The notes beneath the pieces are model-generated. The model had not been told where the DNA came from and did no database searches. It saw only the letters and a program-made list of their open reading frames with translations. Position numbers and translations under genes: made by a program. Of a DNA stretch of 56,939 nt, positions 21,601-29,282 are shown piece after piece. The stretch is from an uncultured Caldisericales bacterium. Lineage in GTDB: Bacteria; Caldisericota; Caldisericia; JAAYUI01. Numbering within the stretch: position 1 is the first letter of the stretch; each line of letters begins with the position of its first letter. Location: NCBI GenBank assembly GCA_964472265.1, contig CAYYJO010000003.1:1-56939 (forward strand). Reading direction: 5' to 3'.

Positions 21601-23733
21601 TATGGCTCAGTCATCGTTGACAAGGAAGCAAACACAATTGTTTTGAACAAGGAAGGCTACTGCATAAATTACGATCCAAACGGCAGGGTGGTCTTCAAAA
21701 TCGAAACCGGCCACAAGACAAAAGGTCACCCGACATTTGCAAAGAGAATGCTCTTCATCCCGACAGAAGACGGACACGTTATGGCATACGCTGCAAAGTG
21801 GGGATTTGGACTTGCTCCTGAAACAGGCAGCCCCGTTGTCTGCAAGAGCCAGGAATATTCGATGAATGTTCATTTCATCTCGGAAATTCCGCTCAAGGTT
21901 CCGGTCAAGTTCAGCGTTGTCTCAGCACCGCCAGATTGCACGCTCAGATTCGTTCCAGATTCACTTTCAGCCTCAGGCGACACCTCTCTTACAATCCAGG
22001 TTGGCCCAGGTTGCCCAGAAGGAACACATGCCGTGATCATCAAGGCTGAAGGCTCAGGATTGTTGCGACAGTCGATAATTAGCCTTGTCGTCAGGGAACC
22101 ATCCCCCGGTGATTTCGTGTTCCAGGCCAATCCAAACGACATAAAGATTTATGCCGGCGAAACGGCTGAATACTCCCTAACAATCGATGCAGCAGGAGGA
22201 TTTGTTGGCGCAGTATCCCTTTCATTGACTGGCCTTCCAACAGGCGCAATTGGAGCCTTTGCTCCAGTCATCACGACCACCCCGGGAAAATCCAAATACA
22301 AAATCAGCGTTGCACGAAACACCACCCCAGGCGAATACAATCTCATGTTCAAGGCTGAAGGAGGTTGCAAGGTTCACACCTATCCGGTCAAACTCATAGT
22401 CGAGGCGCCGGTGCCAGGCGATTACCGATGCTCACTTACAACGCAGGATGACAAAGACATCATCATGTGGCTTGGCGAAAAGCGTGAAATACCGATCAAC
22501 TGCGAGTACCTTGAAGGGTATAATCTGCCGGTCAGCTTTGAAATTCTCAACATCGGCGATTTCCCGGGAGTAACATTCACCTTCACTCCACAGAGAGTTG
22601 ACTCGCCCGGTGTTGTCTCGCTCATCGTCTCAACCGATTTCTTCGGTCAGGTGATTGATGGCAAGCGAGTGACGATCATGACAACCTCAGGCCGTAAAAC
22701 GCCAAAAACACAGGTGTCATTCATCCTCACCGTCAAAAAGGAGCAAGGCAGCTTCAGCATCGCTCCGAAACAGGGAACGATCAGCATAACAGCTGGTCAG
22801 CTGGGCATGGCCGTGTTTGACCTGTCAATGACTGTTAATTTCAAGGCCAGCGTTGCCTTCACGCTCGGAACAAAGGAAGGCTGTCCCGGAATCACAGCTG
22901 AATTCACACCCAACAAGCTTTATCCTTCCGTCCACGACCAGAGCACGGTTTGTGTCATTTCGGTGCCACGAACCTTCCTCGACAACGATCAGGCAGCATT
23001 GCAGCGAGGATTCAAGGAGTGCTCGATTCAGGCTGTCGGAATCGGTGGCGGCATGAGGGTCATGTCCAGAGAGATCACACTGCGAATCTACAAACCGGAC
23101 ACCAACCAGATCATGCGGTGGATGCCCGAGTACAAGGGCATGAAGAACAAAACCGAGGAAACGCTTGACATTGAGATAGGGAACCTTGACGGTGCCTGCT
23201 CTGTTGAATTTGACCTCATCTACAACCCGACAATTCTTGAGATCACCGATGTCACCGAAGGCCCACTCATGTCAACAGACCTGAAGAAGACAACGTTTGT
23301 AAAAACCATCAGAGGCGATCTCGGCATTACGTCAGTCAGCTGCATAAGGGAGCAGGGTGCTGGCCCAATCACTGGAACCGGCGTGTTCTGCAAGGTGAAG
23401 GTCAAGGCAAAACAGATTACGCAGGAAACCAAAATAAGCATTGCAAACATCAGAATCTTCGACTGTAATAACGCCTACAAGTCAATCAAGGCCGTGACTG
23501 TTGGAGAGCCGACGGTAAAGATTACTGTCTCAGGCTTCCTTCCGGGCGATGTTGACGGAAACGGCAGAGTTGATGCAACTGACCTGATGTGGCTTGGAAA
23601 GACCTTCGGCTTAAGCTGCGGCGAACCAAACTTTGACGCCAGAGCCGACTTCAACGACGACTGCATTGTTGACGGAATGGATTTGATCATCCTTTGCCTC
23701 AACTATGGTGCAACGCTTGAAGGAACTCCGTAA
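18631..23733 (+). CDS. Giant secreted protein: two PQQ/BamB-like beta-propellers, multiple Ig/CARDB-like modules, C-terminal cohesin-like module plus dockerin
   Basis: 1700 aa with AGGAGG SD and a signal peptide. Repeated propeller blades (LYCLDASTGGVRWQW, IIALDLKSGSRIWGI, IYALDTATGTIVWKTF, FYCLDARTGQRVWSY, VYALNANDLTKVWAV). Cohesin-like segment at nt ~23113-23530. Dockerin GDVDGNGRVDATD...ADFNDDCIVDGMD at nt ~23539-23730. Confidence 0.75.
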   Translation: MKKLLTIFIAISMLAGLMTFVPTGSVVTAAGCTGSRKANNARDGNYSGTPINGPALLQTWVYKDTANISTPPLSCGNRVYQALNSRRVVCIEKLSGTELWEFKETTNFPVSSMAIDQETQSLVVTTGGQIERTSTLYCLDASTGGVRWQWTAGTDGSVGQISTGATIVNQPGIPLMIVFGVDRGAIIALDLKSGSRIWGIGLNGAIYTDPVIAENKIFALNNDGLLNIIKLENGQMLQQVQIDDKVTYEFMNTPAYAAGFLIIASRSKVNGDKGKIYALDTATGTIVWKTFAIDQFYKSGPSILFPPTYKDYQVIIGSDTGILYTFDLKTGRMNWSVKMVFPFLTDIVVSGKYILFGGANTFYVCTGETGDVVFKQTLGMITGHPVVDEGMVYVATNDSNLYAFSDHDDFVIDVQPRSDAIYPTNKRSYKVVISATMNFSDPMVLKATGLPNNVTATFSKSVVKPGLEAVEIELVLQAGADAKPGTYVCNISGVLLGRERNAILQLQILEPLKGEFKLSVSTDQLTPLRNINPGDTIPFMIKVEAIGGFNAEIAFFANPLTLPSGMDVLFSPGKLTPDGYVTAIVRTDTSSEADLYNIEIQGHAGGKIATTTVRFQIGGMDTESWPMFQKDTVRNGRTKEPFFPDPQLRWDFKITIEGNTDAVPRIRTQPIQEFGMLYFTAEWESKENSRIHESRLYATDSKTGQVIWTFDFMKSVFEVDNFDDCEDKQWPVMSTPAVDSEEGLLYIGSLDGVFYCLDARTGQRVWSYNTKRIIRTPVLLLKPPEVTKKMVYFATVEGTIHAMAAGRDANATVVATFAAPSKVYAGFSYALNKKPPQQPMILFPCFDGQVYALNANDLTKVWAVSIYNIKNLSTIAVDNDRQEWWIASSQGDPGTCYQNSMVERHYLQDGNLGCQRATFGPTFGSPALVLLQDATICHFATNFGSTPQTPAPTYRFMKLKNDQCLGMSDIVVEKGMWNCDGEQCMKNDYNYGSVIVDKEANTIVLNKEGYCINYDPNGRVVFKIETGHKTKGHPTFAKRMLFIPTEDGHVMAYAAKWGFGLAPETGSPVVCKSQEYSMNVHFISEIPLKVPVKFSVVSAPPDCTLRFVPDSLSASGDTSLTIQVGPGCPEGTHAVIIKAEGSGLLRQSIISLVVREPSPGDFVFQANPNDIKIYAGETAEYSLTIDAAGGFVGAVSLSLTGLPTGAIGAFAPVITTTPGKSKYKISVARNTTPGEYNLMFKAEGGCKVHTYPVKLIVEAPVPGDYRCSLTTQDDKDIIMWLGEKREIPINCEYLEGYNLPVSFEILNIGDFPGVTFTFTPQRVDSPGVVSLIVSTDFFGQVIDGKRVTIMTTSGRKTPKTQVSFILTVKKEQGSFSIAPKQGTISITAGQLGMAVFDLSMTVNFKASVAFTLGTKEGCPGITAEFTPNKLYPSVHDQSTVCVISVPRTFLDNDQAALQRGFKECSIQAVGIGGGMRVMSREITLRIYKPDTNQIMRWMPEYKGMKNKTEETLDIEIGNLDGACSVEFDLIYNPTILEITDVTEGPLMSTDLKKTTFVKTIRGDLGITSVSCIREQGAGPITGTGVFCKVKVKAKQITQETKISIANIRIFDCNNAYKSIKAVTVGEPTVKITVSGFLPGDVDGNGRVDATDLMWLGKTFGLSCGEPNFDARADFNDDCIVDGMDLIILCLNYGATLEGTP

Positions 23734-23751
23734 TAATCAAGACTAGATAGC

Positions 23752-23786
23752 ATTCAGCCCCGGTTTATCCGGGGCTGAATTATTTT
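23752..23786. terminator. Bidirectional rho-independent terminator between convergent genes
   Basis: 12-bp perfect stem attcagccccgg / ccggggctgaat with loop tttat. Followed by tatttt on the plus strand and flanked by A/T on the other side. Confidence 0.8.
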
Positions 23787-23798
23787 AATGGGGTATCC

Positions 23799-24380
23799 TT
23801 ACTCTTTGGGATTATCGTTTGTTTGTGGCAGCTTGGTTTTCGGAAGTGACTTCAGCTTGAGTGCCGTCCCTGCAAGAATCAAGCAAAACATTCCACCTAA
23901 TCCAAAAGATAGAAGCTCGTTCGTCAGATGGCCGTATGGCTTGTAGAGATAAAGCAGGATTGTTGCCAATGCAAGGAAAAATCCGCCAGAGAACAGACCA
24001 TAGATGAGTTTTTCCTGTTTTTCCCTGACCTGCAGAAACGCAAGCAGTCCAGCAAAAGCAGGCACAAGAAACGCGAGTGAGATATAGACTAGTGGCGAAT
24101 CATTCCCCCCGATTCCGTCAAAATTCAGCCAGTTCAAGTACCTGAACAGTAGGAAAGATGAAATTATCGTAACAAACAATATCAGAGCAGAGAAATACCA
24201 TTTCTGAAGCCCCTGTTTGAATGCCTCAGCAACTAATCCTGCTGTTACCAACAAGGGAACAACCCACATCATGATTGAAAGCGAAGGCCGGATGTTGAAT
24301 TCAACAAAAAATGCGACCAACATTCCCAAGAGGTATAGAAACAAAATGCTGACTGCACAGAAATAGAGCAGCCACGGCAA
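23799..24380 (-). CDS. Polytopic membrane protein, unknown function
   Basis: 193 aa with about 6 hydrophobic spans. TTG start at 24380 with GGTGA upstream, so the start is uncertain. Confidence 0.5.
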   Translation of the reverse strand: MPWLLYFCAVSILFLYLLGMLVAFFVEFNIRPSLSIMMWVVPLLVTAGLVAEAFKQGLQKWYFSALILFVTIISSFLLFRYLNWLNFDGIGGNDSPLVYISLAFLVPAFAGLLAFLQVREKQEKLIYGLFSGGFFLALATILLYLYKPYGHLTNELLSFGLGGMFCLILAGTALKLKSLPKTKLPQTNDNPKE

Positions 24381-24476
24381 TCTTTCACCAGGTTCCCATT
24401 GCTCGCCTTGAAAACAATCCTTATCAATTCAACGTATATTACGATAATTATGAAAAAACTGACAAATATACCCATG

Positions 24477-25286
24477 CTATGCGACCTCCTTCTGCTCTTC
24501 GTTTTCGGTGATGGCAATACTGGATTTTTCTTGCAGATAAAGCGATGTCCTCAAATCAAACACGACGGCAAAGGTGAGAAAAACGATCGTGGTTGTCAGT
24601 GGGGCAAACATTGACTGTTTCATCAAACTCATGCCCTGCAGGGCGACCAAGAAAACAATCTGTGACAGAAGTATCAGCTTGTAGATGTCTCTGATAAAAC
24701 CATCATTTTTACTGATTATCGAAATGCACAGGTATGCCGGAAGCAGGCAAATTATTGTTTGATAAAGTAGATTTTCAAGAAATCTATTATCTTTAAGTGG
24801 TGTAAATATATAAACACAGGCCAGAAGTACCGAACAGACAATGAACACCCAGTTGAAGTTGACATCCTTGACCTTTTTGTCGGTCGCCCTGTAGTTTTCA
24901 TAGGCGAGGCCGATAATAATGAATACGTATAGGGAGCTCATTAACAAAGAACCGATCCAGTCATAACGGGCGCTGGAGGTTCCTGCGATCAGGAAAATCA
25001 GTTTGTTTAGATAGGAAATTACCAGTCCACCGGAGAAACCTAGCACAGACCAGGAATAAAGCTGCCACGGTGACCTGAAGAGTTCATTCATACCTTTGGA
25101 ATTTTGCAAGAAATTGATCGAACCAATCGAAGCAATCACCAGCAAAGGAAAGTTAAGGAGTGCATTCTTTTCAGTTCCATAGAATATTTTGAAGAAATCG
25201 GGATAAAAAAACTGTAGCCCAACCAGCGCTAAAACGATTACCCCTGCAACAACTATCGCGCTTCTGCCGATCCATGAAAGTTTCAT
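24477..25286 (-). CDS. Polytopic membrane protein, unknown function (paralog-like to 25386-26150)
   Basis: Start placed at ATG 25286 (MKLSWIGRSAIVVAG...) behind a GGAGGAG SD. About 8 hydrophobic spans. The N-terminus matches that of the next gene. Confidence 0.6.
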   Translation of the reverse strand: MKLSWIGRSAIVVAGVIVLALVGLQFFYPDFFKIFYGTEKNALLNFPLLVIASIGSINFLQNSKGMNELFRSPWQLYSWSVLGFSGGLVISYLNKLIFLIAGTSSARYDWIGSLLMSSLYVFIIIGLAYENYRATDKKVKDVNFNWVFIVCSVLLACVYIFTPLKDNRFLENLLYQTIICLLPAYLCISIISKNDGFIRDIYKLILLSQIVFLVALQGMSLMKQSMFAPLTTTIVFLTFAVVFDLRTSLYLQEKSSIAITENEEQKEVA

Positions 25287-25330
25287 TTGCTCCTCCAGCT
25301 GTTTCCCATGCGGCAATACTATCAGAATTT

Positions 25331-25369
25331 GGACAAAAGAAAACCCCGACCTCATAAAAGCCGGGGTTT
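25331..25369 (-). terminator. Rho-independent terminator of 25386-26150
   Basis: 8-bp stem aaaccccg / cggggttt (25341-25348 / 25362-25369), followed on the minus strand by tcttttgtcc. Confidence 0.6.
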
Positions 25370-25385
25370 GATGACAAAATCAGAA

Positions 25386-26150
25386 TTATTCGAGTTGTTT
25401 TTCGATCCCAAGCCTGAGATCACCGCCGACAACGATAATTGAGAGAGCAACAATGAGCAGCACCCTGATGATGCTGTCAACGTCGAATAAATTTTTTGTG
25501 ATGAGGAAAGTGGCGAAAATGTGGAAAACAACAAGCAACAGGCAGCCAAGTCCGATTGTAAGATATGGGATTGAAAGTTTACCGCCCCTGGTTCTTGCCA
25601 CAACGGCCCAGATGACGCCGATTAGAATGAAATCCATTGCCACAAACGAAATGAACGTTACTGACCAGATGCCAGTCATGTTTGCGACGGCAAGTTCCTT
25701 GAGCAGGAAATAGGTGACGATTCCAAATCCGACTATGTTCACAACCAGCGGAATCCAAATGTTGAATTTGGAAGTGACCCATTCAACCTGAATCGATTCA
25801 AGCCAGAAACCAACTATGAAGCAGATGTAGGCGACGAGGAAGCAGCCTGAGCTTGCGATTGAGAAATTGACGCCACCCTCGGGCATGATTTTTGTCATGG
25901 CTTCTGCTATCATGGCCAAAAGATTGGCAAGAGCGGCAAAGGTGAACCACAGCCACGGTGTTCTCTCAGATGATTTCCTGTTTGAAAGCGCTTTCCAAAC
26001 CAGGAAGCTCACAAAAACCATCATCAACGAAATGATGACTGGAGCGACCCTGATTGCCCAGCTGGAAATGTCGCCCAGTTCGAGTATTCTGAGTACGGCG
26101 CCAACAACAAGAACGATGACAGCAACTATTCCTGTCCATGAAAGCTTCAC
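25386..26150 (-). CDS. Polytopic membrane protein, unknown function
   Basis: 254 aa. GTG start at 26150 with GGAGG 7 nt upstream. N-terminus MKLSWTGIVAVIVLVVG. About 8 hydrophobic spans. Confidence 0.6.
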   Translation of the reverse strand: MKLSWTGIVAVIVLVVGAVLRILELGDISSWAIRVAPVIISLMMVFVSFLVWKALSNRKSSERTPWLWFTFAALANLLAMIAEAMTKIMPEGGVNFSIASSGCFLVAYICFIVGFWLESIQVEWVTSKFNIWIPLVVNIVGFGIVTYFLLKELAVANMTGIWSVTFISFVAMDFILIGVIWAVVARTRGGKLSIPYLTIGLGCLLLVVFHIFATFLITKNLFDVDSIIRVLLIVALSIIVVGGDLRLGIEKQLE

Positions 26151-26271
26151 GGGTCAACCTCCAATGGTTTATTCAAAAAATATGATAAATGAAAATGGGA
26201 ATGGTTACAAATTTTTGGAAACAGTTCGTTTAAAACATCACGATATTAAGTTGAAATGCAAGTGATTTATG

Positions 26272-26305
26272 AATTAATAAAAAGCCCAGGAAAATCCTGG
26301 GCTTT
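26272..26305 (-). terminator. Rho-independent terminator of the SIMPL-domain gene
   Basis: 10-bp stem aaagcccagg / cctgggcttt with loop aaaat, followed on the minus strand by ttattaatt. Confidence 0.7.
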
Positions 26306-26324
26306 GTTCGTATGATCAATTCGA

Positions 26325-27068
26325 TCAGTAGGTGAAGATAACGGTGACGCTTGAGGTTACGGTGAGCGAGTCGGCGATGATGTCAGGAGCATAGCCGGCA
26401 TCTTCAGCGCCTGCTCCGCCGGATTTGTTCATGATGTTCCGGGATGGGGCAATCGGTGACGAGTCGTTGATTGAAACAAGCTTTATGCCTGTGACTTTTC
26501 TTCCGTACTCTGAGAGGGCGACTGTTGCTTTGGTCTTTGCGTCCCTCATTGCCAACTTGAGCGCTTCCTGCCTGACGTTGTCAAGAGTCTTTGCCTCGTA
26601 GCTGATTCCGCCGATGTTGTTGACGCCGTTGCTTGTACCAAGGTCAATGATCTCGCCCATCTTCTTGAGATCGTAGACTGTCACTTTGAGGCTGTAGTTG
26701 GCCGTGTAGCCGTCAAGCTCGTTGGTGTTGTTTCTTGGATCCCATGTGTAGTGTGGATAGAGGCTGTAGTCCGATGTCACGAGGTCTTTTCTGTCCACGC
26801 CCGCTTTTGTAAGTGCGTCGATTAGGGCGTTGGCCTTCTTGTCGTTCTGCTGCTGGGCTTCCCTTGCTGACTTGTCGAGGGTCTGGAGGGTCATAACAAC
26901 AGAGAATTTGTCGGCTGAGACTTTGATCAAGCCCGTGCCTGTGACGGTGAGTTCATTTTTTGGGTCAGCAGGATCGGCAGCGCTTGCCTTTCCAAAAAGA
27001 GTGAATGCCCCGACGGCCACTGCAAGGATCATGATTGCCACGGTTGCGATCTTTACGTTCTTTTTCAT
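26325..27068 (-). CDS. Secreted SIMPL / DUF541 (BP26-like) domain protein
   Basis: 247 aa with strong AAGGAGG SD and a signal peptide. The pattern LTVTGTGLIKVSADKFSVVMTLQT...AREAQQQNDKKANALIDALTKAGVDRKDL...YSLYP is typical of the SIMPL family. Confidence 0.7.
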   Translation of the reverse strand: MKKNVKIATVAIMILAVAVGAFTLFGKASAADPADPKNELTVTGTGLIKVSADKFSVVMTLQTLDKSAREAQQQNDKKANALIDALTKAGVDRKDLVTSDYSLYPHYTWDPRNNTNELDGYTANYSLKVTVYDLKKMGEIIDLGTSNGVNNIGGISYEAKTLDNVRQEALKLAMRDAKTKATVALSEYGRKVTGIKLVSINDSSPIAPSRNIMNKSGGAGAEDAGYAPDIIADSLTVTSSVTVIFTY

Positions 27069-27193
27069 TTGTTACCTCCTTCGATAACCACCTTCATTAC
27101 ACTGCAACCCCCGAACGGGGTTCATCTGACTTTTAACCATGGGTGATCGTAATAGATGGAAACAAAGTTTGAAAGAGGAAAAGGAGGCACAAG

Positions 27194-28267
27194 ATGAAGA
27201 AAATGATAACTCTCTCGGTTATTTTGCTCATGATTGCAGGGACAACTGTTGCAATGGGTCTTGAAAAACCAGCTCCAGTCAAAGGGATTGTCACTTCGGT
27301 CAATGACACTGGCAAAACTTTTGAAATGAAGGTTGAAGATGAGCTTTTCACGGTCAAAACCTTTGAAAAAACCAAATTCCTCTCTGACATGAAGCAGGTA
27401 GATTTCGGAATTGTGCAGGCAGACGCTGAGCTCAACGTCATTGGCAAGGTTGACAAAAAGGCAAAAATCATCGATGCAATCATTGTTGCTTCAGGAACAA
27501 TTGAACCACCGCCAGATGTGCCAAAACCAAACTTCATGGCTGTCGGTTCCGTGAAAGATGTAGGCGACAACTCGTTCACATTCGCAAACGACAAAGGTGA
27601 GGTGAAAGTCGTTGTCAACGAAAAAACCAGGTATGTTTCAAAAGAAGGCCAAAAATCCTTCGCTGACATCGTGGCAAATCTTGAACTCACCATCACCGGA
27701 TCGTTGGACAAAGAAACAAAGGAAGTTTCAGCCATTGTAATTCTTTGGGGCAAGAAAGAGAAGGAAGAGCCAAAGCCTGAACCGGTGGTTGGGAAGGCTT
27801 CAAACATCGACTCGCAGGCAAACACCTTCACACTCACGACAAAAAAGGGCGATTTGCTGGTGACAGTAAACGAAAACACAAAGTTCATGCCAAAAGACAA
27901 GACATTTGCTGACATAAAGGATGGCGACACTGTCTCGGTTCTTGGCAAAGTTGACAAGGATGCCGGAACAATCGAAGCTCAGGCTATCATGATTGGCAAA
28001 CCCGAGAAAAACGAAGGTCCAAAGCCTGTTTTAGGCGTTGTCAGCGAAATTGATCGTGACGCATCCTCGTTTATTTTGACAGCCGAAGACGGCAAGACCG
28101 TGAAGGTTGTCTGGTCTGACAAAACTAGATTTTTCCTTGGCAAAGAACCAAAGACTGCCCAGGATTTGACCGATGGCTCAACCATCGCTGTTGTTGGAAA
28201 AATCGATGGCGACACCTTGAACGCAATCCTTGTCAGCCTCGATGGCAAACTGCCAAAGAAGCCCTGA
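27194..28267 (+). CDS. Secreted protein made of four ~70-aa DUF5666-like (OB/beta-barrel type) tandem repeats joined by Pro/Glu/Lys linkers
   Basis: 357 aa with AAGGAGG SD and a signal peptide. Repeats begin VKGIVTSVNDTGKTFEM, GSVKDVGDNSFTFAN, GKASNIDSQANTFTL and GVVSEIDRDASSFIL. Each continues ...T(K/R)F...ADI..G..v.v.GK.D, with linkers such as EPPPDVPKP and KEKEEPKPEP. Confidence 0.7.
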   Translation: MKKMITLSVILLMIAGTTVAMGLEKPAPVKGIVTSVNDTGKTFEMKVEDELFTVKTFEKTKFLSDMKQVDFGIVQADAELNVIGKVDKKAKIIDAIIVASGTIEPPPDVPKPNFMAVGSVKDVGDNSFTFANDKGEVKVVVNEKTRYVSKEGQKSFADIVANLELTITGSLDKETKEVSAIVILWGKKEKEEPKPEPVVGKASNIDSQANTFTLTTKKGDLLVTVNENTKFMPKDKTFADIKDGDTVSVLGKVDKDAGTIEAQAIMIGKPEKNEGPKPVLGVVSEIDRDASSFILTAEDGKTVKVVWSDKTRFFLGKEPKTAQDLTDGSTIAVVGKIDGDTLNAILVSLDGKLPKKP

Positions 28268-28276
28268 AAAACAGCG

Positions 28277-28318
28277 TTCCCAGCCGACCCCCGATTAACA
28301 TCGGGGGTTATTTGTTTT
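28277..28318 (+). terminator. Rho-independent terminator of 27194-28267; copy 1 of a duplicated hairpin element
   Basis: 9-bp stem acccccgat / atcgggggt with loop taac, followed by tatttgtttt. The flanks ttcccagccg... and ...ttattt recur at 29129-29168. Confidence 0.8.
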
Positions 28319-28396
28319 ACTGCAGGAACATCGGCCATTTGCCGATTTCATGGTTCCAGAGGATCAAGTTTCTTTAATCCATCACTTAAATATTGA

Positions 28397-28909
28397 TTAC
28401 TCTATATGCACTTTTCTAAAATTTATCTTTTTAGGTTCAGGGAATGTTACAGCCATGTGGTATAGTTTTTCATAATCGAGCCAGAAATCCTCACTTCTTT
28501 TTTTTCTATATTCTTTGATCAAAGGGTCAGCCAAGGGATAAGTTTTTTTAATAGAATCTCTCCAGTCTTTTGCGAAATCTTTCAGACCAACTTTTGTATA
28601 TCGAAGAATTTTAGCAATTAGATCGTATGATCTGCTAACTGTTTCAATATTTTTCTTATCTTCATCAGACAAATCAGCAAATGACTTGTTAATTAGATCA
28701 TCTTTTTTATTTAATATATACCTTCTTGCATCTATAAAATCTAGATCTTGTGCTATATCAAATACTTTAATATATGTCTCCGCAGTTGATTTCGATTTAT
28801 TTAAGTTAATTAGAAGCCAAGCGCATAATGTAGAACCCAATGTAGCAAGAGCAGTCAATATTAAAGAAATGACTGTTAATGATGATACAGTATCAATACA
28901 TTGTTCCAT
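28397..28909 (-). CDS. Hypothetical N-terminally membrane-anchored protein encoded in an AT-rich islet
   Basis: 170 aa with GGAGGGAA SD directly upstream of ATG 28909. One N-terminal TM (LTVISLILTALATLGSTLCAWLLI) followed by a Lys/Asp-rich soluble domain. Local G+C is about 30%. No family assigned with confidence. Confidence 0.6.
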   Translation of the reverse strand: MEQCIDTVSSLTVISLILTALATLGSTLCAWLLINLNKSKSTAETYIKVFDIAQDLDFIDARRYILNKKDDLINKSFADLSDEDKKNIETVSRSYDLIAKILRYTKVGLKDFAKDWRDSIKKTYPLADPLIKEYRKKRSEDFWLDYEKLYHMAVTFPEPKKINFRKVHIE

Positions 28910-29128
28910 ATTCCCTCCATTGAAATCAATAATATATGCCCTTTGCTATTTTTGCAAGTCCGTTCTGATCTTGATTAGAAATGGGTAAATTTTTCATAGA
29001 TTATTAAGTTGCAAACAAATTATAATTCCGTTCAACAGAGAAGAGTTGGATCATGTGACATGCACCAAAATACCATTTAAAAAGTGTCTGCTTGTTTCAT
29101 ATACAGTAAACTAACAATAAACACCACA

Positions 29129-29168
29129 TTCCCAGCCGACCCCCGATTTTTAATATCGGGGGTTATTT
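29129..29168 (+). repeat. Copy 2 of the terminator-like hairpin element (direct repeat of 28277-28313)
   Basis: Left block ttcccagccgacccccgatt (20 nt) and right block atcgggggttattt (14 nt) are identical to copy 1; only the loop differs (taac vs ttttaat). It is in plus orientation although no plus-strand gene ends here. Confidence 0.85.
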
Positions 29169-29282
29169 ATTGGCAGCAACTTCGGTCACGCTGACCCAAA
29201 GTTCACTTTCCCGATTGGCGGTGAGGTTGAAGTAGTGGCCAGTTCAGGAGTAACCAAGCTCACTGTCAAAAAACACTGATTT

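Noticed and set aside
27133-27957. 274-aa minus-strand ORF overlapping the DUF5666-like repeat gene
   Set aside because: This is an antisense shadow. Its product is low-complexity and Ser/Phe/Thr-rich, and it has no SD. The plus-strand frame has a strong SD, a signal peptide and clear internal repeat structure.
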